A stretch of 64,000 nucleotides of DNA from Octopus sinensis (taxonomy: Eukaryota): NCBI RefSeq assembly GCF_006345805.1, contig NC_043008.1:45756001-45820000 (forward strand). The letters run 5' to 3'. Below the pieces are notes generated by a model. It was not told where the DNA came from. It saw nothing but the letters and a program-made list of their open reading frames with translations, and searched no databases. The translations under genes were made by a program, and so were the position numbers. Positions 11,212 to 23,263 of this stretch are shown one piece after another (within the stretch, counting starts at the first letter, position 1; every line of letters begins with the position of its first letter).

Positions 11212-13425
11212 TAGAGAATATAAATGGGTAACCAAAAAAATCAAACAGAATCCAAAGTGTTCAATTCATATGCCAAAAAGCATGGGACTTTCGTCTCCTC
11301 CGTTGGTCCACTGATTGATGATAATAACAGCGTTCTCTAACAGGACACTAAAGAAATGGTAGAAATACTGCAGAAACAATACTGCTCTGTCTTTACTGAT
11401 CCCACTGATAATGATGCCTGCTTTGTCTTTAGTGGTCCCACTGATATTGATGCAAAGGATCTGAACGAACTTAATCCTCAACATATCTCGGATAAAACTT
11501 CTACTGTTTTAGCAATCATAGCAGTAATAAATGAGATCAAGTGCTATTCTGCTCCAGGCCCTAATAGAAACCCTGCAGACAACAACTTTCATCCCCTCTA
11601 AACAACCTCTGGAGAAATTCTTTAGAATCAGGTTATGTACCGAAACAGTACTTATTCCAATGTGCCATCTCGGCCTTCAAAAAGAGAAACAGGTACCTTG
11701 CAGTCAAGTATCGCTCAATCACACTCACCTCCCATGTCAACAAAATGAGTGAAAGGGTGCTGAGATGAAGGATAGGTAGCTTCCCAGAGAACAGCGACCT
11801 TCTAAATTCTAACCAGCATGGCTTTTGCTGCGGCAGATACTGCTTAACACATCTCTTACTTCACATCGATGATGTCCTTAAAACTTTGGGATCAGGTTCG
11901 AACTCTGTCATATATATTAATATCAGTAAAGCGCTGGACAGAGTCGACCACAATATCCTCCTATCAAAATGATCAAATATTGGAATTCGTAGAAGCGGCT
12001 ACACTGGATTAAGTATTTCCTGGTGAACAGAACACATGTGACCGATAGAATCCACTGAAGCCCAGAAAATGTGACCAGTGGTGTCCTTCAGGGGATTGTT
12101 TTGGACCCACTTCTGTTCATAGTCTATATAAACGACATTTCAATCGTCGTCAAGCGCGGCAAGTTTAAAATATTCGCTGATAACTGTAAGCTCTAGAAAA
12201 TTATGAATGGAGAAGACCGAACTGAACTAAATGCTGTAAACCAATGGGTAGAAAAAAAGGAAATGCTGCTAAATGAGAGGAAATTTAAACATGCATTTTG
12301 GGGAAAAAACTATTCTCAAACAACCATATTCTCTTCTTTGAGAGGAAGTGATTGCAGCATCTAATAATATCAAAGACCTAGGAGTGATTGTTGACAACAA
12401 TCCCAGCTGGAGCGCCCACATCAACAAAGTCGATATAGTAAAGATTGTTTGCAACATAACATGGCAGTCCTGGTTTAGGACTAATGTTGCTGTAATTTAA
12501 CCCCTGAAGACGATGTCTCAAGGATCCAAGAGCTCATCCTGTGAAATATATCGACTTTCAAAACTGCTACATTTAAATCTCAGAACGTGAGATATTCAGA
12601 CTTTGCCTCCTGGGGCTAAATTAAAGCAACATTAATCCTAAACCAGGACTGCCATGTTATGTTGGCAAACAATCTTTACTACAAAGTACTGTTGCTGAAT
12701 ATCTCATGTTGTGAGATTCAAAAATTGTAATTTTCAAAGTCGATATATTTCACAGGATGAGATCTTGGATCCTCAGAACGCTTCAGTCCAGAGAGTAAGA
12801 TGTCATGATTCTCCTCCTTTGTACGGCCACAACTCCAATATTGCTGATCCTCGTGGTCTCCCACTCAAAACAAGGCATTACGAAAATACCGAGTCACGCC
12901 AGGGAACACTCACTAAACAAATTAAGGGAGTAAGTGATCTTGATAAGGATCACTTCAAAACATTAGAAATTTCTTCTCTCCAACACTGCCATAACCGCTG
13001 CATCATCTACACAATGTGGAAAAAATAAACCACCAGCATTACCCGATAGACCTCAATATTAGATTCAGAATTCATCCAAGGCTACGGCCACGTGCCATAC
13101 GCCCCCTGCATAATTCGGGATTGCAACATCTAAATTCACAACAACACAAATTCTGTTCCTCAACATACTCTACTCTGTTTAATAATGACCCAAAAGAAAT
13201 CAAAAGAAGAAAAAAGATCCCATCACCTTCAAACGGAACCAGGACACATTTCTTTGAGGAATAACAGATAAGCCACATATACCTGAATATACCTCAGCCC
13301 AAAACAACTCCCAACCTGAGTGGGCCACGATACCACAAAACCTGACTTTAAAACGCCGTAGCAGGTGATGCTATCAACTCATACATGGCCTGGGCCAATC
13401 TTTGGCTGAAATATGCCCAAGTTAT
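11212..13425 (+). mobile_element. Old, heavily mutated CR1-clade LINE copy
   Basis: [31 protein letters not shown], ccagcatggctttt (QHGF), atattcgctgataac (FADN) and the 3' UTR atacatggcctgggccaat all match the minus copies at 13494-16130. Confidence 0.85.
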
Positions 13426-13431
13426 CCAACA

Positions 13432-13493
<62 letters not shown>

Positions 13494-13494
<1 letters not shown>

Positions 13495-14842
13495 CTTAGA
13501 CTTAGAATAACTTAGAAAGGTTTTGGCCAGTATTGGCCCAGGCCATGTCTAACTTAATAGCACCACCTGGCGAAGTCTTTCAGTTCAGGATTTGGGCACC
13601 AAGGCCCATTCGAGCAGAGAGTTATTGTTTGCGGAGACATATCCGGGTGTGGGTGGTTTGTCCGGTACTGTTTGAAGGAATTTGTCCAAAGACTTCTTGA
13701 ATTTTGTGTGGTCAGACAGATAATGTAGCGTTCACGGCGTCGTTGGAGTGAATACAATTTCAGCTTCTCTAGTCTACCCCAGTAGTCAAGGTCTGACATG
13801 CCATCTATCTTTTTTGTGATTGACCTTTGGGGAGCTTCAATTCTCATAATATTTTGTTTTGTGTAGGGAGACCACATTGGACAGCAGTATTCAAGGTGGG
13901 GTCGGGCAAAAGTGGAGAAGAGAAGGATAATAGCGTGGGAATCTCTCGACTGGAAGGTTCTGAGAATCCAGGAACACATTCTGCGGGCCATGTCAACTTT
14001 GCTGCTTATATGTGTAGCCCAGCTTATGTTGTTGTCCACTGTTACTCCCAGGTCTCTGATGTTGTTGGATGCCATGAGAATTTCTCCAGAAGGAAGAGAG
14101 TATGGGAGTTTCAGAGCGTCCTCCCTTCCAAAGTGGATCAGTTCAAATTTGTCTTCATTTAGCAACATGTTATACTTTTCTGCCCATTGGACAACAGTCA
14201 GTAGGTCTGACTGAAGGTTTATTCGGTCATCCACGCCATTGATGACCTTCTGGAGCTTGGAATCATCAGCGAAGGTTCTGATGTTACTGTGTCAGTACTA
14301 TCATTTATGTAGATGATGAAGAGAAGTGGGCCCAACACAGTGCCTTGTGGGACACCACTGCTGACTTTGGCTGGGCTGGATTTGACTCCTTCAACTACAA
14401 CATGTTGGGTTCTGTTAGACAGGAAGCACTTGATCCACTGCAGCAGCTTTCCAGTGACACCAATATTGGACAGCTTTCTCAGAAGGATCTTATGATCAAC
14501 CCTGGCAAAGGCCTTGCTGAAATCAAGGTAGATGACATCAGTGTTGGAACCTTCTCCCAAGGCTCTCAAAATGTTATCAAAATGATGCAGTAGCTGCGTC
14601 AGGCAATCTCTCCCATTACGGAATCCATGCTGGTTGGGGTTCAGCATATTATGACTCTCAAGGAAGTGAGTCATACGCGATCTCAGCACCCACTCAAATA
14701 CCTTGATGATATGAGAGGTGAGTGAGATTGGACGGTAATTCACGGCAAGCGATTTGTTTCCTTTTTTGAAAACTGGGACAACAGACTGGGATAGAAGGTC
14801 TTCTGGTATATATCCAGCATCCAGTGAGTTCCGCCACAGATT
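13494..14842 (-). mobile_element. CR1-clade LINE copy A (RT domain to 3' end)
   Basis: ORFs 14219..14938 and 13554..14234 contain YRPISLTS, QHGF, YLDFSKAF, SGVPQGTVLGPLLF, RPHLEYCCPMWSPY and LYSLQRRRERY. The sense-strand 3' end carries short ctaagt repeats. Confidence 0.95.
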
Positions 14843-14867
14843 GAGATGTGTTTTCTCTTCGAACATG

Positions 14868-14909
<42 letters not shown>

Positions 14910-14914
14910 TATGT

Positions 14915-16130
14915 TGAGATCTGTCTGTCAGGAAACACTTGATCCTTTCAGTAACTTTCCAGAGACACCAATGTTGGATAGTTTTTTCAATAGGATCTTG
15001 TGATCGACCCTGTCGAAAGCCTTACTGAAATCAAGGTAGATGATATCGGTGTTGGAGCCCTCTCCCAAAGCTCTCAAAATGTCCTCAAAGTGATGCAGGA
15101 GCTGCGTTAGGCAGTCCCTTCCATTACGGAACCCATGTTGTTTGGAAATCAGCCGTCTGTTGCTTTCCAGAAATTGGGTTATTCGAGATCTCACCACCCT
15201 CTCAAATACCTTGATGATATGAGAGGTGAGTGAGATCGGACGGTAGTCCACTGCAAGGGACTTGTTTCCCTTTTTGAAAACTGGGACTACAGACTGGGAC
15301 AGAAGGTTTTTTGGAATATAGCCAGCATCCAGTGAGTTTCTCCACAGATTAGCAAGGGGAGATGCAAGTTGGTGTCGACACACCTTCAGGACACAAGCAG
15401 GGAACCTATCGGGGCCTACTGCTGAATTGTGTTTTATTTCGTTTATCGCCGCTAAGACATCAGGGGCACTAAACGTTATGTCCGATATAGTGTTTTGGGG
15501 GTTGACATCACTGATACAGACCAGATCGGCCATATCAGGAATGCGGAAAACAGAGCAGTATTGTTTCTGCAGTATCTCGGCCATGGATTTGGCGTTATCT
15601 TGGAGAGTGCCAGTTTCATCAATTAGAGGGCCAACAATGGAGACAGTGACCCTGCGTTTCCTCGCAAACGAAAAGAACACTTTGGGGTTGAGTTTGATTT
15701 TTTCAATGGCCCACTTCTCCTCAGCTGATCTTTGGTTATTGATGAGGGTCTTCATGCATTGTTGGAGGTTATATTTTTTGGATTCAAGCAGTGCGATAGC
15801 CGTCGAATGTGTGTGTTGCTGTTGGCAGTACTTTAGTTTGTTAATTTTTTTGTTTGTTCTTTTTATTTTTCTGATAATGGTTTTTCTGTTTTGGGGGATT
15901 CTGCACTTTTTGTTCACAGGTCTTGGTGGGGAGTGTTTTGCACATATGTCTGTGACGGTGTCTACAAAGATCTGCCAAGATGTTTTATGGTTGGTGATGT
16001 GTGTATGTGTAAAGGACCAGTCAACATGTGATAGCTCGTTCCTGATTGCATCCCAGTTGGCATTATGGAGATCCATGTTGTCAAATGGGTGGGCTGGAGG
16101 GAGGTCACTAGGATTAGCTTTCAGCTGGTG
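14915..16130 (-). mobile_element. CR1-clade LINE copy B (linker and RT N-terminal half)
   Basis: ORF 14928..16211 contains KIKLNPKVFFSF, SAVGPDRFP, YRPISLTSHIIKVFERV and DFSKAFDRVDH. It is bounded by (TA)n tracts on both sides. Confidence 0.95.
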
Positions 16131-16159
16131 AAATATACATATATATATATATATATATA

Positions 16160-16474
16160 AAATGGGCATTCCGTCGATTATAACGACGATGGCTCCAGTT
16201 GAACCGATCAACGGAACGGCCTGCTCATAAAATTAGCGTGCATATGGCTAAGCACTCTTCAGAAACGTGTATCCTTAACGTAGTGCTCGGGGAGATTTAG
16301 TGTGACAGAGTATGGTGACCCTTGAAATCCAGATACTACTCGTTTTTGCCAGCTGAATGGACTACACTAAAGTGAAATGAAGTACTTAGCTCAAGGACAT
16401 ATCGCATCGCCACGAATTGAACTAACCTCCTTACGCTTTTGAGCCGAATACCCTATCCACTATACCATGCGTCT

Positions 16475-16480
<6 letters not shown>
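16160..16480 (-). mobile_element. Degenerate SINE
   Basis: The 3' part is homologous to 33241-33380. A tRNA-like head lies at 16400-16480 on minus. Confidence 0.6.
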
Positions 16481-16558
<78 letters not shown>

Positions 16559-17114
16559 CACTAGCTGAATAAACTGCCACCGCATGGCAATTTTTACAAT
16601 CGAACGTCTTATATAAATTTTTATTTAGTCCATATCAGAGAATACCTTCCCCGACCGATAGGCCTCTTAATCAGGACAGATTCGTGTAATCTTTCGCCAA
16701 AAACTTCGTTGAGGATATATATATATATATATTATATATATATATATATATTATATATATATATATGAAAACACACATATGTGCGCACGTACACGTCCGC
16801 CGTGTTCTTGATAAAAAAAACACTGACATTATTGATATCGAAGCCCGTCTGTAATCTAGACGACATGGAAGCAGAGTACAACGAGAATTTTCGCAGAACA
16901 ACAAGTTAATATGTTCGAGTCCCAATAATTGCGCACTTTAGTCGACTGTTATTAATAATTATCTATGCTGTCGATAATGTGTCTACCTACACAATTCGCA
17001 TGTACTTATGTCCTTGATTCTAAAGTTCGAATATTCTTGTAACGATAGTTGAATGTCTTCCGTATTTTCTTAGTGTTCTAGTTTTACTCTTTAGTTTTCT
17101 ATTTTATTCTTTAT

Positions 17115-17262
17115 AAACTCAGCAGCTTTACTGACGTCCTCCTGAAACCTATTCTCCAACATATACCAAGTTGTATAAGGGATGATCTGGAGTTTTTAAA
17201 CCATCTTCTTTCTGGTTTCAGTTGATGTGATAAACCTCTACACTTCGATTCCTCACGAATAC
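17115..17262 (+). mobile_element. Penelope-like element RT fragment
   Basis: It reads KLSSFTDVLLKPILQHIPSCIRDDLEFLNHL, then after a frameshift or deletion LVSVDVINLYTSIPHEY. This is the typical PLE pattern LS.F.D.LLKP...SYIRDD.DFL...LVSFDV.SLYTNIPH. Confidence 0.8.
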
Positions 17263-18474
17263 GAAATACCCGGTGTACGGACATGCTAGCCTATGATTTG
17301 GAATATCTCAGAAAGAGCTGTAAAATTTCAAAATTCACCTACCTTTATGAAATTATTATGTCTTAAGCTACTCGTCCTGCCTTTGTTTTTGTCCTTTTCC
17401 TCTGATAACACAGAAGATTAATACGGATCTCTCCTAGCTCTAGCCTCAGCTGTGAACTTGGAGCCTAACAGTTGACCAATTATAGCACTTAGCGTACCTA
17501 TTCCTTTAGAACCCTTCATATTCGTTTTATATATATAACAAAAAAAGACTTGTAATTGTTTTTAAATAAATTTATTTACGCACATAGCAAACAAGTTTCA
17601 ACAAAAGTAGAAAGCTACAGAAAACCTATCGGGAATATATGTTTATAATTAAGAGTATAGCTCTAATATATATAAACTCGGGGAGAAGCATCCATCAAAG
17701 ACATGAAAACAATTATCTTCTGAGATTGCAGATTGTTTTATACAATCTTTGCTGGAATAGACGTAAAGTGAAAACAGATATTATTTAAAAGTCAATATTT
17801 ATATATCAAATCTTGTGCCCCACCTTCAATATGGTTATTCGTTGAGTTCTGGGAATGTACATGCAAATAGAATTTGATTTCTCTATTCTATGTTATGTTT
17901 ATGCGTCTTACAGCCGTTTACCAATATTCTTTGGAAACTAAACAATATCTTTGGAATGCAAAAAACAAAAAAGTCGAACGCGTAAACAAGACGTTGTGCT
18001 TTCGAGAAAAATAAGATAACTCTTTCTAATTATAGATCCATATTCACCGAAAGCTGTTGACAGTTTTCAGAGATAATCTGAAACAATAGAAATAGATCGT
18101 TTCAGGCAATAAAAGATCCTGTAGTCATAAACAAGTATGTTTTGTAAAAGATATTCTTAAGGTCAACGTTTGACACATATTAAATAGTCTGCTGCAGTAG
18201 AACTTGATATTCAGTAGATGAAAAAATATTATGTATATGAATAACAAACCGCATGGATTTCGCGTCTATATGTCCGTGAATGCTTTACTATTCATCTATC
18301 CAATTAGTGGTGTGTTAATATAAATGCACGTTTCATATATATATATATACACACGCACGCACGCACATACATATATACACACCTCCATATATATTACTAT
18401 ATATATACTACATTAGTGTATATATATTACTGTGTATGTGTGTATACACACACATATATATACACGCTAATGTA

Positions 18475-18537
<63 letters not shown>

Positions 18538-18548
18538 TTTATAGAAGG

Positions 18549-18599
18549 AGCTTCTACAGGACTAGAACTGTTTCATTCAAAAGAAATCATCAGGAAGCT
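18549..18599 (-). ncRNA. Identical hammerhead motif on the opposite strand
   Basis: This follows from the perfect palindrome. Confidence 0.75.
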
Positions 18600-18646
18600 T
18601 CCTGATGATTTCTTTTGAATGAAACAGTTCTAGTCCTGTAGAAGCT
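18596..18646 (+). ncRNA. Minimal type I hammerhead ribozyme motif (PLE-type)
   Basis: Stem I agcttc pairs with gaagct. The core is CUGAUGA, stem II is U.U plus ttc/gaa with a tttt loop, then GAAA, stem III cag/ctg with loop ttctagtc, and cleavage triplet GUA. Activity is untested. Confidence 0.75.
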
Positions 18647-20341
18647 CCTTCTATAAAATAAATTAATTTACTCTGCTATGTATTGAGTACCTTATTTACT
18701 GTGGTTAACCCCGACTCAACCCGGGACCTACATATATATATATATTTCAACTGTGTGCTTGCGCGTGAGTAGTTTTTGGGGTCATACTTGATAATCTAAA
18801 ACCACAATCATCACACACACACAAAACAAATATTAACTTGTGGAAATCATTTCGAAAAGCTTTTGTTTAACGTTATTCTATGAATCTGCCTTCCGTTTTG
18901 ACGAGTGCTTCAAGGCTGGGCCTGAATCGCTGACATGTCTGCAAAAAACGTATGCACTCCCTTTTGTCATGAATGATCATGGGATTACACCTACAATATT
19001 CCCCTCCAAGGTACAGTGCGGACGAGATTGTTTGTGGAAGACCAACAGCTGCCTATATGCATACCACCCTCTCCTCTTCACGTCACCGATGTCCTTACAG
19101 TTTCATGCAGTTACACTTGAGACTGTTCGATCTGGTTTCCCCAAAATAGACTATGCTAAGAGGAATAGATTTTTTGTAAGAAAGCTTGCGAATGCGTGCG
19201 ACAACAAGGACAAATACAAATAACAAGCGTCTTTCGATTGAGGACGAATCAAATTGAGGTGGCGTGTATAAAGCGAAAGCCATAAGGCAGGAATATAGAT
19301 GGAACTAAGAGGTGCTGGCGGTCGCGTGGAAAGAAGAGTAGGGGGCAGCGGGATTGAAGGATTAGAAAAAATCAAAGAGACAAAGGGAAAGGTACAGAAG
19401 TGATAAACGAGGAGGAAAAGTGAGAGTTATATCGAGAAAAACAACATGGATTAAATCTGGGCGAAAGAAAAACAGTACCGGATAGTAATGTTTATATGGC
19501 AACAAAACGTGGCAGTCCTGTAAAGGATTATCTTGCTGTTGTCTTAAACCCAGGAAAACATCTTTTATAGCCAGTCTTGTACAGAAGTCTATGTTATTGA
19601 CACACATTCTTCTTTCAAATTTTGTCGTACCTAAATTATAATAATTTCCTCCTCGAATTCGAGTGAAAAAGGCAAAATTTTAACACTATCTTATTCGTAA
19701 CGTGTACCTGTATATCTTTCGTTCAGATGGAATAGATATAACGTCTAAGAAACTGTGTTTATACAGTATATCGATATTTCGGATATTTATCAATTCGTCG
19801 ACTTCAGAGTATCTATACCTATTGCAAAATTATTTATATATCAAAGTTGACAAGCTGGCAGATTCGTTAGGACGCCGCTCAAAATGCTTAGCGGCATTTC
19901 ATCATTTCGGGGTCGATAAAACGAGCACTATTTGAGTACCGGATTCGATTTAATCGACTTATCCTGTCATCCGAAATCACTGGTCTTGTGCTAAAATTGG
20001 AAACTAATATGTCTACATCCACTTTTTGTAAACCGTAAATTAAGTGGTAATATCTTTTCTAGAATAGGCACAAGGCTATTCTGGAGAGGGACTAAGTTGA
20101 TTACATCGACCCCATTGCTAGACTGGTACTTATTTCATCGACTCCAAAAGAATGAAAGGCAAACTGGACCTTAGCGAAATCAGAACGTAAAGACGAGCGA
20201 AACATCCGTTAAGCATTTTGCCCGGCGAGCTGACGATTTTGCCTACTCTCGCTGCCTTAAATTACCTGATAATATCAATAAATGAACTAAAGGTGGTGTG
20301 TTGGCTCGATGGGTAGCACGCCGGGAAAATGCTTAGCAGTA

Positions 20342-21636
20342 CGAGGGGCGTTCAATAAGTAATGCCCCTGACCCACTTCCCATAGTAGTAGAGCAACGAC
20401 ACTTGGCACAGTTATTAGTCTTTTCCTACATAGGAACCACTCGGAGTTACGTATTTCTCCCATCGTTAGATGCAGCTCAGGAGACCATTTTTGTAGAAGA
20501 CCCCAGTTGGGTCCTCCAACCACGACGTGACTTCAGAAATCAAGGCTGCATCATCTGGGAAACGCTTTCCTTTCAAAAACAACTTCATGGCTGGGAAGAG
20601 GTGAAAATCAGAGGGTGCAAGGTCAGAAGAGTAGAAGGGGATGGGAGAGGAGTTCAAAGCTGCACGCCTGTGCTTCTGATCTGGCGACAAGCGAGTTGTG
20701 GACCAGAGCGTTGTCCTGCAGGAGGAGGATGCCTTTGCTAATCTTGCCCCACCTCTTGATTTTGATAGCTTCTCTTAATTTCTTCAAAAGTGAAGCATAA
20801 TAGGCCCCTGTAATTGTGGTACCCTTTGCCAAGAAATCTGTCATCACTACTCCGTTCTGGTCCCAGAAGAGTGTGAGCATGACCTTGCCAGCGGAGGGCT
20901 GCACCCTTGCCTTCTTTGGGAGGAGGTGAGTCACGGTGCTTCCACTGCATTGACTGGGCTTTGGTCTCTGGATCATAGTGATGGACCCAGGTTTCATCCT
21001 GTGTAATCAGCCTTTTGAAAAATTTTGACTCGTCTTCTTGGCACATCTCCAAATTCATCTTCGAGCACTCGACGCGTTCTTGCTTCTGGAAAGGTTTGAG
21101 CAACCTGGGAATCCATCTGGCAGACACGTTTTGCATATGCAAATGGTCATGAATGATAGTTTCCACAGACCCGGTACTAATCTTGACCTCATGGGCTATT
21201 TGGCGAATAGTTATGCGTCGATCTTCTAAAATGGCAGCCTCAACTTGACGGACAGATGCCTCATCAATGGCAGAAGGGGGGCGACCAGATCTGGGAGCTG
21301 TTTCCACAGAGTTCCGATCATGTTTGAATTCACGATGCCAGCGTTTTACAAGTTCATATGATGGGGCATCATCACTATAAGTTACTTTCATTTCATCAAA
21401 AGTCTCCCGTGGTGTGCGTCCTTTCAAATACAAGAACCGGATCACTGCTCGACACTCAATAGGCTCCATTTCACACTTGACTCAGTTCAAACACCTGTAA
21501 ATCAGAAACCACAATTAGTTCAGAGCTGTAATTTTTCACTTAATCTATAGAGTTATAAATAATTGCACATGCAAACTTTCAGCTAGATCAAACAACTGCA
21601 AGTGGGTCAGAGGCATTACTTAATGAACGTCCCTCG
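20342..21636 (-). mobile_element. Full-length mariner transposon (1295 bp) with 37-bp TIRs and TA TSD
   Basis: The left TIR is cgaggggcgttcaataagtaatgcccctgacccactt. The right TIR reverse complement is cgagggacgttcattaagtaatgcctctgacccactt (3 mismatches). TA lies on both sides. Confidence 0.97.
20415..21469 (-). pseudogene. Mariner DD34D transposase with 2 frameshifts and 1 premature stop
   Basis: It has an HTH N-terminus, WIPRLL (compare WVPHEL), LITQDETW, QDNA and YSSDLAPSDFHLF. The reconstructed D-D spacing is 34. Confidence 0.95.
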
Positions 21637-23191
21637 TATTTCATTCAAATTGTGTGGACATCGACTTTGCCTTTTATCCACATGACGTTTAAAATATACC
21701 AGTTGAACACTGGGGTCGATGTAATCGATTAGCCCCCCAACCTTTCCCGAAATTGCTGACCTTGTGTCAAAATTTGAAACTTTACCAAAACCTGATTCCA
21801 TTATTTAGATTTCACTCAGCCTGCTACAAATAACAACCATATTTATCTTATGCAGCAAAGTACTTTAACAGTTTACCTCAACATTGCAGATTGTGTCCGA
21901 GTGAAAGTATTCAAAATCAGAAAAACCAAGTCGTTTTAAATAGAACGCCTTTCATCGTGGATCAGCAAAATAGACGATCGATTTGTGGGAGAAATAGTGT
22001 TTGTGCTAACAATTACTCAGAGTTAACAGGAGAATTATTTGTCTGTGACTGAGTGATGCATGTAATTTGAAATTACTCTAACATCGAAAAAGAAAAAAGA
22101 GACCGCTTTATAATTTCTCCCATTTTCTTTCAGTACAGGATTTTAAGTGGTTGTTGCGTAAAACTGGAAATGTTTTTAGCTGTTGAAATGAAAGAGAGGA
22201 AATATAATCTTCGAATTATATAAGGAAATGTGTGCTTTTAGATTTGGGTAAACAAATTTGACAGAACACCATTACCGTATGCTATAACCTTTAGACATTC
22301 GATATTTGGCTCTCTCCTCAGAGGATTTCATTAACATAAGTTACAAATGTATTAATACCGTTAATACACCAGACTACTATCTTCAGAGCAATTAATCTTA
22401 TTTTATACATGTAGAACCTCGACATAAAAATGATGCAGAAAATAGAATAATATTGGTATGGTAGAAACAAATTGATGGCGTCAAATAGAATGCTTTTACA
22501 CATCAAAAGTTTCAATAGAAAATATCTTCGTATCGGAATAACGAAGTCATGGGAATAATTGATGGTCGAAACAAGTATGTGATGCACGCCATACACTAAA
22601 CACAATACACGATTCACACATGCGCGCGCGGTCGCACACCGCTGTAATATACGTCAATCGAGTTTTTTCCCCCTCTTTTCCTGAAAATAATGAATTTTCG
22701 TGAACTACTGGATCACTGCATCGAAAATTTACTTTTACATGGAATTTATTGCCTAATACGAAGCCCTTAATCCTTCCTCTTGCTTACTGTTTTATGCATA
22801 ATATACAAAGGACAGACATACATCCTTACGTGTATTTTAACGAATACCTGGCTACATATGAGGGTGCATGTATTTCTATGTGTGCACATGTATATGTAGT
22901 TACAGTTGAGTATGGCTCTAGACTATCAGAGTTATTATAACGAAATAACATCAGATGCTGCTTACCTTTAACTTATATTTATCCTGTTAGCTTTTTGACA
23001 AATACTGCTGTATTTCTGCTGAGCCCAGAAAGCTTCCACAGTGAAACTATCACAATTCTGCCATACGAGTGTGCGGACGTTTGAGCAGCGTAAGTCCATT
23101 ATCTGCCATATAAATGTATATGTATACATGTGCTTCTCGGGCGAATGAACTTTTCGAAATTGATATGGTGTCTCACACACATAGCGACACA

Positions 23192-23263
<72 letters not shown>

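Larger units (their letters stand above)
18532..18663. repeat. Perfect 132-bp spacer-less palindrome
   Basis: Checked base by base about the centre AAG|CTT (18597/18598). Confidence 0.97.
20290..21785 (+). mobile_element. SINE split in two by the mariner insertion (20290-20341 and 21637-21785)
   Basis: The head ...gggtagcacgccgggaaaatgcttagcagTA resumes after the mariner as TAtttc...ttcaaatt...gactttgcctttt...cactggggtcgatgtaatcga, colinear with the 9285 SINE. Confidence 0.8.

Noticed and set aside
22991-23089. Candidate 99-bp exon (cctgttag| ... |gtaagt)
   Set aside because: It has stops in all three frames and no similarity to the transporter. It could only be a UTR exon and would need RNA evidence.
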